A DNA stretch of 63,831 bases, filler included, from Octopus bimaculoides (lineage: Eukaryota), in the NCBI RefSeq assembly GCF_001194135.2. It is 6 parts of 6 records of this genome, joined end to end, with 100 filler letters (N's around TTAATTAATTAA, not from the genome) between each part and the next. Parts side by side here need not be neighbours in the genome. Positions count along the whole stretch, not along the records: positions 40,002 to 54,167 come from NC_068986.1; positions 54,268 to 62,648 come from NC_068983.1; positions 62,749 to 63,831 come from NC_068991.1; 3 more parts are not named here. One strand, written 5' to 3'. This document shows, piece after piece, positions 51,685 through 63,831 of the stretch (position 1 is the first letter of the stretch; every line of letters begins with the position of its first letter). The position numbers were made by a program, and so were the translations under genes. Below the pieces are notes generated by a model. It made no database searches. It was not told where the DNA came from and saw nothing but the letters and a program-made list of their open reading frames with translations.

Positions 51685-52907
51685 GAGAAAGAGAGAGAGA
51701 GATAGAAAGAGAGAGAGAGAGACAGGCAGAGACAGAGACAGAGCCAGTGAAGGGGTGTATCGACAATTATACGTACATANNNNNNNNNNNNNNNNNNNNN
51801 NNNNNNNNNNNNNNNNNNNNNNNNNNNNNNNNNNNNNNNNNNNNNNNNNNNNNNNNNNNNNNNNNNNNNNNNNNNNNNNTTATCATGAAGAACATTTTAG
51901 TACCGGTTTCAGTCTTTGCGACTTTTTCATGCTCTACTCTATTTTTTTTCAAATATGTGTAGCAGTTCTATCCGTCTTGCTCGGCTTTATAAACATTCCA
52001 AGAAAATATATAACCACATGAATTTTTTATATTTTGAATAAAATGTATCCCGGACGAATTAAAGATACTGGCAATCTTTAGCCCAAATTGATTACTCATT
52101 CGGAATTGATACATCTATACGATTAAGGAACTTCAAGCTAAGCTTCAAAAAATTGTAAAAAGTAAACAAAAGTTAAATGATAATTTTCTAGGAAAATTTA
52201 CTTTCATTTTATGAAATACTGTACGAATCTATATATTATACTAAATAACTAATATTTTTCTAATCAGCAAGTTTTTACAATGTTGATTGTAATGATTGAG
52301 GACATACAATTTAGTTTTTCATCATAAGCTAAAAAGAACATTTTCCACGGAAAGTCAAATAACCTTTGAACCTCACGAAAATACGTGACTAATGTAAAAT
52401 TGCAACTGTGTAAGTACGAAAGTATAGTTTATAATTCGGAACATATATATATATACATTCACTTACATATGTGCGTGTGTGTTTATGTGTGTGTATATGT
52501 AGTGCCGTGTGGTGCGTGTATGTGTTTATTCATAATATGTGAATTTATTAAAAATTATATANNNNNNNNNNNNNNNNNNNNNNNNNNNNNNNNNNNNNNN
52601 NNNNNNNNNNNNNNNNNNNNNNNNNNNNNNNNNNNNNNNNNNNNNNNNNNNNNNNNNNNNNNNNNNNNNNNNNNNNNNNNNNNNNNNNNNNNNNNNNNNN
52701 NNNNNNNNNNNNNNNNNNNNNNNNNNNNNNNNNNNNNNNNNNNNNNNNNNNNNNNNNNNNNNNNNNNNNNNNNNNNNNNNNNNNNNNNNNNNNNNNNNNN
52801 NNNNNNNNNNNNNNNNNNNNNNNNNNNNNNNNNNNNNNNNNNNNNNNNNNNNNNNNNNNNNNNNNNNNNNNNNNNNNNNNNNNNNNNNNNNNNNNNNNNN
52901 NNNNNNN

Positions 52908-52940
<33 letters not shown>

Positions 52941-53000
52941 TATAGCGACATTTGTTTATATTCTATACACACACACATACACACACGCACGCACACACGC

Positions 53001-53052
<52 letters not shown>

Positions 53053-53512
53053 CTTACAGACAATGTAACACAGCTGAGTAATGTATAAAAGTGTGCTGTG
53101 TTGTGTCTAAGAGTCAGGTTGAGTCAGCAGTGCTAGTAGTGTCAACACCAGATCAGTGATGTGTGCCAAAGGACCAGCCAAGCCTAAACACACACTCACA
53201 GCTTTGGCTCCTTCATCCATTCGCACCCTTACCATAATCCCTTGAACTTTCAATACTCATATGAATCGGTGTCTCTTGGAGGTGGGATGAACGTATATTA
53301 CGCACGCGTTCATACTCACTCAGACACACGCGCGCGCGCACGCACACACATACACACATGTATACACACACAGACATGTATGCATATACCTGACATATGC
53401 ACACAAGTAAGATCCGACACACCTTTGTGCTCATTCACGCACACTTAAGTACATACACATAGGAATATACAGACACTTATACATATATATCAATATGCAC
53501 GAACTCATATAT

Positions 53513-53555
<43 letters not shown>

Positions 53556-53634
53556 CACACACACATATATGTATATATGTATGAATGTATATATGTATAT
53601 ATATGTATATATATGTATATACATGGATGCACAC

Positions 53635-53666
<32 letters not shown>

Positions 53667-53804
53667 GTATATACATATGCATAAGTACACACACACACGC
53701 ACACACACATATATATGTATGCATATATATATGTATATACATATGCATAAGTATACACAAACACACATTTTTTTTTTCATTAAAAAAAATTTTTTTTTAT
53801 TTAT

Positions 53805-54167
53805 GTGGTCATGCTGGTGCACCACCTTTAGTCGAGCAAATCGACCCCAGGACTTATTCTTTAGAAGCCTAGTACTTATTCTATCGGTCTCTTTTGCCGA
53901 ACCGCTAAGTTACGGGTACATAAACACACCAGCATCGGTTGTCAAGCGATGTTGGGGGGACAAAGACAGACACACGAACACATACATATATATATACATA
54001 CATACGACGGGCTTCTTTCAGTTTCCGTCTACCAAATCCACTCACAAGGCTTCGGTCGGCCCGAGGCTATAGTAGAAGACACTTGCTCAAGATGCCACGC
54101 AGTGGGACTGAACCCGGGACCATGTGGTTGGTAAGCAAGCTACTTACCACACAGCCACTCCTACGCC
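53805..54167 (-). mobile_element. SINE family B, near consensus
   Basis: Reverse complement of ggcgtaggagtggctgtgtggtaagtagc...gcaccagcatgaccac. Confidence 0.93.
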
Positions 54168-54267
54168 NNNNNNNNNNNNNNNNNNNNNNNNNNNNNNNNN
54201 NNNNNNNNNNNTTAATTAATTAANNNNNNNNNNNNNNNNNNNNNNNNNNNNNNNNNNNNNNNNNNNN

Positions 54268-54300
<33 letters not shown>

Positions 54301-54301
<1 letters not shown>

Positions 54302-54843
54302 GAGTGAGAAAGCAGTGCATACCATCAAAGTGACACTGAGTAAAATATACGAAGCCCATTATACACATCATGACTACCCGTCTGATAAGGGTACACCAGG
54401 CACATGCATCACAACCATATGTCCGCGACATAGTGATCTCATATCAAGAAAAACGGCATATGACCTCACAGGTGGGTCCCAGTTAGAATTTTCTTCAGGT
54501 CGAGTAGCCCATCCCGCTTAAAAGGTGCCTGAATAAGGTTTGCTTTGGGATGTTGAGCAAAACACAAGGTGAATTATTCAAACCCCAAAGAATTCCTCTC
54601 AACACATGGCTATGATGCTACTCAACTACTTCTGCTCATGATCAGAGATGTACATATCGTCAGCCACCAAGGGACATGCTCAACTGGTTAAGGTCAAACA
54701 GCTGACAAGCAAATCTGTGGTATTAAGCAGAATATTTGCTGTAGCCCATCTTTTTATACCAAAACAAAACAATGTACATGATAACACTGCTAATCAATTA
54801 AGATCAGAAGCCATGAGAGCCATTGCCTGGTAATGCATCCGGG

Positions 54844-54845
<2 letters not shown>
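54301..54845. mobile_element. Unclassified ~545-bp element embedded in (TAA)n on both sides
   Basis: Higher-complexity block with sharp TAT-repeat boundaries at both ends, adjacent to the Dong-like 3' end. No convincing ORF. Confidence 0.45.
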
Positions 54846-54885
<40 letters not shown>

Positions 54886-54890
54886 CATCG

Positions 54891-54926
<36 letters not shown>

Positions 54927-54927
54927 G

Positions 54928-55752
54928 TATTATTTTATGTTTGACTTTTGCTTTGCATTTGTACAGGTTGGATCCNNNNNNNNNNNNNNNNNNNNNNNNN
55001 NNNNNNNNNNNNNNNNNNNNNNNNNNNNNNNNNNNNNNNNNNNNNNNNNNNNNNNNNNNNNNNNNNNNNNNNNNNNNNNNNNNNNNNNNNNNNNNNNNNN
55101 NNNNNNNNNNNNNNNNNNNNNNNNNNNNNNNNNNNNNNNNNNNNNNNNNNNNNNNNNNNNNNNNNNNNNNNNNNNNNNNNNNNNNNNNNNNNNNNNNNNN
55201 NNNNNNNNNNNNNNNNNNNNNNNNNNNNNNNNNNNNNNNNNNNNNNNNNNNNNNNNNNNNNNNNNNNNNNNNNNNNNNNNNNNNNNNNNNNNNNNNNNNN
55301 NNNNNNNNNNNNNNNNNNNNNNNNNNNNNNNNNNNNNNNNNNNNNNNNNNNNNNNNNNNNNNNNNNNNNNNNNNNNNNNNNNNNNNNNNNNCTTTATATT
55401 TGCTCACTTTTTGGTAGGTCTTGACAGATACGTTTATATCGATTGGGACAGTATTATCAATGAGGAGGCATGATTTTTGTCTGAAGTCTTTCAGTATGAT
55501 ATCTGGCCTATTTGCATCTATCTTTCTGTCAGTTTGAATGGTGAAGTTCCAGAGGAGTGCGATGTGATCATTTTCAAGTACTGAGGGTGGTTTGTGTTCC
55601 CACCAGTTTTTATTATGGGACAAGTCCAGGTTTTTGCAAATTACCCAGTGAATATATTGTGCAGCTCTATCATGTCTGTTGAGATACTCTGTAGGCGCGA
55701 GCAAACTGCACATGGAGACAACATGATCGATGGTCTCATTTTGTTGTTACCA
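54928..55752 (-). mobile_element. R4/Dong-type non-LTR retrotransposon, 5'-truncated (end of zinc knuckle plus restriction-like endonuclease)
   Basis: ETIDHVVSMCSLLAPTEYLNRHDRAAQYIHWVIC..WWEHKP..LLWNFTIQTDRKIDANRPDIILKD..CLLID (RHD and PD..D motifs). The 3' UTR matches 11670-11715 and TAA repeats lie at both junctions. Confidence 0.9.
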
Positions 55753-55772
55753 TATTATTATTATTATTGGCA

Positions 55773-55832
<60 letters not shown>

Positions 55833-56775
55833 TATAATCATTCTCTCCAGTTAAAGCACCCGAATAAGCAGATAAAAACCAAAATCATCAAAACAAATAC
55901 TGCTATATTTTCATCGTTATAAACTTGTTTCATAATGTGTGAAATGCTCCTCTAAATACTGCCTTTCATGTACACTGGTTAGTTTAAGAACCATATGACA
56001 CCGGTAACGATTACGATGATGATGATGGTAGTAAAGTTGGGGATGAGAATGACGATAATGAGGCAGCAGAATAGATTGTGAATAAGTTTCAAAAAATACC
56101 AGTATACCACAAATAATAAAGCTTCTCCTGACATGGGAAAGAAACTATAAAGAGGAATTTGGAATTTGGAATTTGGAAAAAGAATACCCCTTAGAAACAA
56201 AATTGTTGGTCTATAACATGCGGCGCATATTAAAGCCCCCTTATATTTTATATCAATAGGCGTACATACATAGAAGGCAATATCTGCCGTGAAACAAAAG
56301 AGCGCCGGAAACGTGTCTCATTATGCAGCTCAAAAAGTGAATCAGGGATGTTTTGATGACAGAAACTTGAAATACATCAACATGGCATGGATCAATCACG
56401 ACAAACAACTGAAAATACGCTGGAGCTTGAAGATAAGGTATGTCAATTTAGCAGTTCGAATGGACATTTTGTATCATTTATGCCACATTAATACAGAGAA
56501 TAACGTATCACCACAGAAGAAGAGAAAATTATTATCGGCATATATCTATTCTAATTCCTACTTCGTATTCACCTACAACTTATAATATATGTGTTATAAA
56601 CATGTGCAAAAACACTGCTGAATGTAACGATTCATTACAATTATATTCGAGTTATTTAATATAGAGTAAAGAACGAATACAACCCTCGACTCGAAATGTC
56701 CAAATGTTTACTGAAACAATATGAGAATTCAAATAATTAAGGGACAACACGACAAACCGATAGCAATTAATTTAA

Positions 56776-57230
56776 CTGCATGGCCAATTCACCCAACAAA
56801 CAGAGAATATTGAAAAATAAAAACTACTGGTTAGGTCTGATGGGCGGTAAGTTGAAAGGAAAAACCCAAGCGCTAATTATATCCGTTCAGGGACAAGACT
56901 TTAGGGCGAATCTGATAAAGAAAACAGGAAGACAGAATTCAGTCAGAGAGTAGATGTAGAAACTGCAGGAAAAGAGAAGAAAGTATTAAACATCTCCTGA
57001 ATGAATGTAGTAGGCTAGCACACAATGGTTACTAGAGCGGACATGACTGTAGGTAAAAGACTGCGTTAACAGTGTACGTGGCTTCGAAATAACAGGAAAA
57101 TTGTATGAACAAAAGCCAAAGCCTTCATTCAGAAGTATTACAGGATTGTATGTGAGAACGGGTATGATAACACAGGGCAAAAGAAACAATCTGTATTTTT
57201 TTTCAAATCTTTGGAAGACGTCTAGGATAT
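56776..57230 (+). mobile_element. Old R4/Dong-type fragment (thumb to zinc knuckle), heavily decayed
   Basis: Across frameshifts: LHGQF, GKLKGKTQALIISVQ, SRCRNCRKREESIKHLLNECSRLAH..Y..GHD, LYEQKP. Confidence 0.75.
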
Positions 57231-58257
57231 TCATAGACTTGCCTTTGCAAATATGTTTTCCTAATTCTTACGAGAGAATTTTTAAATGTTTTATATAATT
57301 CTTTGTATTTTTTTCTCACAATCAAGTTTTCGTCTTTGATTTTCCAGAACAATAACTTAATTCTTTCTTCTTTTCATATAACTATAATATACTTCTCTAA
57401 TACTTTTCGCTGATATTCCATGAAATATTTTGTCATTATCTGCTCTTGTTTGAGAATTGTCTGCTTACTATGACTTCGTTGACACTCCTGATTTTAAGAA
57501 CGTACTTCAAGTTATATTCGAAATCTCTTTCTCATACACTGTAATAGCGTAATGTGTATGAGTGTAGGATTGCCAGCCGTTTTTCTCTATAGAGAAATGG
57601 TAATACACCCCATATCATGGTCGCACACCTCTTTCATTCTTAATGACTTGTGTGTGAAGTAGAGGTAGATCTCTATTATTTCACAATTACTACGTTGGCA
57701 ATTTTGATATTCTCTTCTTTGCAACAAAAATTATGTTTACTTCAAGGCAACCAAGAGTCAACATTTATAGGATAACTATCTACCATTCTTTGCATTATTA
57801 TTGAAGCAGTCGTTTAACCTCTTTAATATATGCTAATTAAAGCAAATTATTCTACTAATGTCGAGACGTAATGCAAAAATAACAAACTATACAGTATAGA
57901 ACTAGTAGATCTGAAATTATAAGGAAATTATAGTACCAAAATTACTTAATCGAGAATCATTAACGGCAGAATTCATGCGATTGCTGAAGTTTTACGATCA
58001 AATATAAAATGCGTGTTTGCAACCATAAGTTATAATTGAGTACAAAGCTGTGAAGGAGAAAGAGGATAAAATGAAAGTTCTTATAGAAGTCAATAACAGG
58101 TGTAGCTTTCCTTTAAATTGATAACATCGACATTTTATTTCACTGCAAAATTTCATATTAACTAATTAGAAAATGTATGTAAATTTTCCATTAAAAGAAC
58201 CATGCTGTTTCTGACATTTGACTGCTAGATCTTTTTTGCTTTTACGTAGTCCAGTTA

Positions 58258-58472
58258 AGTCAGTAAACTAACAGAATCGTTTGCACAGTGGACAAAATGT
58301 TTATTAGCATTTCATCCGTTTATCTTCCGACCTGAATTTCCACCGATTTCTGCTTTGCTTTCATCGGTTAAGAGACGATCAAAGAAGTACTATTTGAGAA
58401 GTGAGACAGATGTAATCGACAAGCCAATTCCCCCAAATTTCTAGGCTCTGTGTCTACAACAGGAAAGGTATT
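58258..58472 (+). mobile_element. SINE family A, highly diverged
   Basis: cagaatcgtt..caaaatg..gcatttcatccgt..gctttcatc..gatgtaatcgac. Confidence 0.6.
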
Positions 58473-59448
58473 AGGTATCCCAATATTTCAGCTTGAACAA
58501 ACACCCGTCTAACATTCAGTCTATGATCTAAGGTTCTGTTGTATCATAAGCCCAAAATAAATTAAATAGCAAGTAAGAGAAAATGAGCAACTTTTGTGTG
58601 TAGATCTTTATATTTTGAAATCAGGATCAATTAAACGAGGTAAAGTATGTGTTCGAGAAGAGTTACATTAATTTACTGGAATAACTGCAGTCAAGAAATA
58701 AGTAATTCTACTCCGTATGGAATATCCAGCTTTTCTTTTGTATACTTCATTGATCATGTTAATCTTCTTGTTATTTAAGGATCATTGCTAAACAAAACCC
58801 CTCGGGAATGTGTCCTTATTGATACGTATTCTTAAGTGTTTTATTTTGCGAAAAAGTGTTTTTAAGACTCTCTTCAGACGGAACCAACTAAGTGATAAAC
58901 ACTTCCTTCTTAGTAAAATGTGTTTTCGAAGCTAAGTTATTTACTAACAAGCATCGGATTATATGTTTTCTCTTTGGCAGATATGTACGATCGCTTTTGT
59001 TGTAAATTCTCCAAAATCTTCCTCTAAGATAGGAGCTGGGTTTTTTTAACAAAAATATACAGTTTTTTTGCAAAGTACCAAAAGCTCCTGTTCCATAATT
59101 TTCTGTTAAATTTCGATACCTCATAATGCATATACTGTCTTTGAAAAAGACATAGTTTAGTCTGTTCAGGAAGCGTACAACACAGATTCCATGAATGAAC
59201 TCCCGAGTAGAGGACAGATAAAATACATTTTACTGAAGAAAATAGAGCAGAAAAAACGAATACTGTGTACAACACACGAATAAAATATTTAATATAACAT
59301 GGATCACAATTGCATAAATACTATATTAAATATTCTGTTAAAAAATGTTTTTCAGCTGTCTTATGAAATACTTAGGATCAGACAATACATGGTGAATATA
59401 TTCTCACCAAGAGGGGAAAGAAAATCTAATAGTAGTCGCTGGTGTGGC

Positions 59449-59549
59449 TGTGTAATAAGAAGCTTGCTTCCCATGCATAGGCGAGGATGTGTGGTAAGAA
59501 GCTTGCTTCCCATGCATAGGCGAGGATGTGTGGTAAGAAGCTTGCTTCC
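59449..59549 (+). repeat. 39-bp tandem repeat (about 2.6 copies) derived from the SINE family B 5' head
   Basis: Unit TGTGTGGTAAGAAGCTTGCTTCCCATGCATAGGCGAGGA. Compare the family B head aggcgaaggagtggctgtgtggtaagtagcttgctt at 63343. Confidence 0.85.
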
Positions 59550-60439
59550 GCGCATGCGTGCCGAGTCCGCTTCTTGCAGCTGAGCAAGGTAGACGTGAGG
59601 TTTTGAGCTCCGTCTTTGAAGAAAAAGTGAAGTCGTCCAGGTAAGTGTTTTTGTTCCTTGAGCTGCGTGAGATTTATTGTTTGTGTTTTATTTTTGATCG
59701 GTAAATNNNNNNNNNNNNNNNNNNNNNNNNNNNNNNNNNNNNNNNNNNNNNNNNNNNNNNNNNNNNNNNNNNNNNNNNNNNNNNNNNNNNNNNNNNNNNN
59801 NNNNNNNNNNNNNNNNNNNNNNNNNNNNNNNNNNNNNNNNNNNNNNNNNNNNNNNNNNNNNNNNNNNNNNNNNNNNNNNNNNNNNNNNNNNNNNNNNNNN
59901 NNNNNNNNNNNNNNNNNNNNNNNNNNNNNNNNNNNNNNNNNNNNNNNNNNNNNNNNNNNNNNNNNNNNNNNNNNNNNNNNNNNNNNNNNNNNNNNNNNNN
60001 NNNNNNNNNNNNNNNNNNNNNNNNNNNNNNNNNNNNNNNNNNNNNNNNNNNNNNNNNNNNNNNNNNNNNNNNNNNNNNNNNNNNNNNNNNNNNNNNNNNN
60101 NNNNNNNNNNNNNNNNNNNNNNNNNNNNNNNNNNNNNNNNNNNNNNNNNNNNNNNNNNNNNNNNNNNNNNNTTGTTTCAGTCGTAGGATTCCGGTTTCAA
60201 GTCGAATTGAAGACAGGCCGGGATTACCTAGTGGCCAGAAAAATTGTTTGCTGTGTTTTTGTCTTGAACTGTGAACTGTTGCTTTCTTTCTTCTGTCGTT
60301 TTCTTGCTTGAACTGTTTTTTCTTCGAATCCCTTTTTTGGGATTTTTTCTTGAACTGTTTTCTGTTTTATTTTATTTTTTTCCTTTCTTTCTTTTTTGGA
60401 CTGTTTGAACTAAAAACAAACACGGCAAAAAAGGACACT

Positions 60440-61450
60440 ATCTTGGAGTGGGAGATTGTGGCACTCCAAGAAGTGGCTAGAGTACTTTGAAAAGAGGATG
60501 GTGGTGCTGAGAACACATTCCAAGTCGCTCAGCATCATCGCCCTCTTCGAGGAGAGTATAATAGAAAAAGAGTTGGCAGAATATCTGCCAACTATTAAGT
60601 TCATATCTCGGGGGTAGGGGGTCAAGTACACAATGGTGTGGTTGCTACTTGACACCTCCGATGAGGCTCGTAAATTGGCGAGCAAGCCCTTAGAGGGCCA
60701 TGAAATTTTGTTTCTCCCCACATATTGTGGATGGACGTTGATGAGAGCCTGGGTTTGTGGGCTGCCACCTAGGATAAAACCCGAGTGGGTAGAAGATACT
60801 GTCCGCCGGGGTCTGGGTGGCAGCAATGCCAGGCTCTTAAATGTCAAAATGATGCCGGTAGCTGATTGGGTCAGATCAAAAGCTGTTTTGACCCTATGGA
60901 CCCAATCAGCCAAAGATCTGGTTCTACCAGATTTCTTTAGAATGGCCGGTTCCAGGTATCACCATATCAAAAGGAACTGCTCCAGGGCCGAAGTAATGCC
61001 ATGAAGCAGGATATAAAAACGGTACCCTCCGCTCCCCCATTGGAGGGAGAGACGGAGGAAGTCGTGGAGGTGGTAGCCTCCTCGAAAAATAGGAAGCGAA
61101 AGCAGGTGAGCAACAATGGTTGCTCACCGAGGGAGAGGAGGAGGACCCTCCGGTTAAGCCGACAGAGGCCCCTACGCCCGCGACCCCAAAGAAAAGAAGA
61201 AAGAGAAAAAACTGGACACGGTCAGCGGATGATAACATACCCCGGCATTTCCCGCCGCTCCGTCGGTGGGGATTGTGCCACCGACGGAGGAAGGCCCGTC
61301 AGTGGGAAGTGTACCTCCGACGGCGGAAGTGGTTGCGTCGTCCCTAAAGGAAGAAGAATTATTGGTCTTCTACAGAGGAGGAGAGGTGGAGGAGGTGTTG
61401 GAAAAGCACCAGAAGGGAGCAACTTTGACAAGCACATGTAACCCCAAATG
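60440..61450 (+). pseudogene. Probable non-LTR retrotransposon ORF1 (L1/Tx1-like) remnant
   Basis: GC-richer block with consecutive broken frames: RRM-like ...RAWVCGLPPRIKPEWVEDTV..., a zinc-knuckle tail HHIKRNC and a basic/proline-rich C-terminus. The family call is pattern-based only and ORF2 was not seen. Confidence 0.5.
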
Positions 61451-61909
61451 ACCTCCGCAGTTAGCTGTGGATGTCATAGCGTTGTCCGTGTTACGTAGGT
61501 AGTAGGGGCTTGATGAGGAATATCGCTAGTGGCTGGGCAGCGTCAAATGCCACCCGATTTGTGTTTATATGAGGAGTGGTCGATGGCGGAAGACGGGGTC
61601 ACAAGCGATATTGAGGAGGAATATGGATAAAAATTGGAAAGTCTCAATCTTATGAATTGAGGAGGGCTTTGAAACCTCAGTTCGTTTAATGAAAGTAACA
61701 TGCCAAACGCCTCCTTTTTTGTATCAATGAACATTATGAACGGAACTCCATTGTATATTTAGTATTTCGCAGCAATCTTCTGTCTTTGGATTCCAAACGC
61801 ATAGGAATCAGTTCATATGTTCTTCAAATTGTCGAAATCCATATGTATGTATGTATGTATGTATGTACGTTCGTATGTATGTATGTATGTATGTATGTAT
61901 GTATGTATG

Positions 61910-61965
<56 letters not shown>

Positions 61966-62200
61966 ATGTATGTGTGTGTATGTACGGTTAATAGGAAAAA
62001 AAAAAAGTAGGAAACAAGTTTCGATTTGAATATGCCAAAATGTAGCTTATTATTACCCTGGAAGCTAAATGTTTCCTTTCTGGGATGTTTCTTCAGTGAA
62101 AAATGATAATTGCACTAAATTTGAGTGAATGCATGTGTATTTGCAAGCTGATGCGCATCCATAACATACATACACACACACACACATACACACAAACTCT

Positions 62201-62269
<69 letters not shown>

Positions 62270-62596
62270 GGATATACATATACATGTATATATATATGTA
62301 TATATAAATATATATAAATATATATATATGTATATATATATATACAATATATATATGTATATAAACACGCACTCTCGCATATACGTACATATACATACAT
62401 ATCAAACCATGCTTCTATCTTTATATTTAAGAATGTCGTGATGTTCATAGTTTCATGTAGCTTAAAATGTGTTTATTGTTTCATCAATCACATAATCAAA
62501 TGCGGCATATAATTGGATCTCATAAAAAAAGAGTACATGCACATATTTATATGAATATGTGTGTGTATGCATATATATGTGTGAGTATGTATGCAC

Positions 62597-62648
<52 letters not shown>

Positions 62649-62748
62649 NNNNNNNNNNNNNNNNNNNNNNNNNNNNNNNNNNNNNNNNNNNNTTAATTAA
62701 TTAANNNNNNNNNNNNNNNNNNNNNNNNNNNNNNNNNNNNNNNNNNNN

Positions 62749-63282
62749 TATTTACACTTTTTGCGCTTTCTTCTGTCATCGGATTTATCAAAAAGTAGTT
62801 TGAAGTTAGATTTCTTAGCCTTTTTATTACATAAAAAATTTTGTGAGGTTTGCCAAGCAAGGGAGAAAACCCTTAACCACTACAAAAATTTAACCACAGT
62901 GATATGAAAACCACACCTCTTTACCTTCCCCACATTAATGAATACAAAGGAATAAAGAAACAAGGCAATTATAATTTTTACTGAAGAAAGTCAAAAACAA
63001 CATCTGGTTTTTCAATTAAAACCTTGACCAATTCAAATACAAAAATTCTTTTTCCTTCCCCATCCTAGAAGGCCTCTAAATACTAAATAAACAAGTCCGA
63101 TCATACCAATATAAAAGCCACGCTTCTTTACGTCCACTCCTTCTCAAAATATGTTTCTTCTTTCTTCTCCCTTGCTTGGCAAACCCCACAAATTTTTTCA
63201 TATATAAAAAGGTCAAGAAATCTAACTGTAAACCACTTTCTGATAAATCCGATAACGGAAGAAAGCGCAAGAAGTGTAAATA
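62749..63282. mobile_element. Non-autonomous long-TIR (foldback/MULE-like) element
   Basis: About 120-bp imperfect inverted repeats at 62749-62868 and 63163-63282 around an AT-rich core. The left end abuts a gap. Confidence 0.8.
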
Positions 63283-63342
63283 AAATGTAAAAAGAGAATA
63301 TAATTATTCAACATTCTGACTACCTTATTATTCTATATATGC

Positions 63343-63557
63343 AGGCGAAGGAGTGGCTGTGTGGTAAGTAGCTTGCTTACCAACCACATGGCTCCGGGTT
63401 CAGTCCCACTATGTTGCATCATGGACAAGTGTCTTCTATTATAGCATCTGGCCGACCAAAGCCTTGCGAGTGGATTTGGTAGACGGAAACTGAAAGAAGC
63501 CCGTCGTACACACACACATACACACACATACACACACACATACACACACACACACAT

Positions 63558-63611
<54 letters not shown>

Positions 63612-63797
63612 ATATATTTTTGTGTATGTGTTTGTCGCCCCATCATTACTTGAAAACCGATGTTGTTGTGTTTACATGTCCGTAACCTTGTGGGTCGGCA
63701 AAAGAGACCGATAGAATAAGTACTAGGCTTAGAAAGAATACGTCCTGGGGATGATTTGTTCGACTAAAGGCGGTGCTCCAACATGACCGCAGTCAAG
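63343..63797 (+). mobile_element. SINE family B
   Basis: aggcgaaggagtggctgtgtggtaagtagc through ggtgctccaacatgaccgcagtc. Confidence 0.93.
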
Positions 63798-63798
63798 C

Positions 63799-63831
<33 letters not shown>

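Overview
AT-rich eukaryotic DNA, roughly 10% N gaps, saturated with microsatellites. The repeat repertoire suggests a cephalopod such as Octopus (inference). I found no intact protein-coding gene, and most ORF-track entries are microsatellite or gap translations. The window is mainly a transposable-element graveyard. It holds about 20 copies of three tRNA-headed SINE families, five fragments of restriction-like-endonuclease (R4/Dong-type) non-LTR retrotransposons (three abutting (TAA)n), two mariner remnants and one Tc1 with both TIRs. It also has a hAT MITE with an 8-bp TSD, two related short LTRs, non-autonomous Helitrons, a long-TIR element and a probable L1/Tx1-type ORF1 remnant. The most notable signals are RNA-level. 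One is a tRNA-headed SINE-like element carrying a minimal hammerhead ribozyme of the Penelope type (23691-23957, second tail at 11728-11871). The other is a separate repeat family whose hammerhead-like core reads CUGU(U/C)GA in two copies. TTAATTAATTAA inside gaps is an assembly linker.
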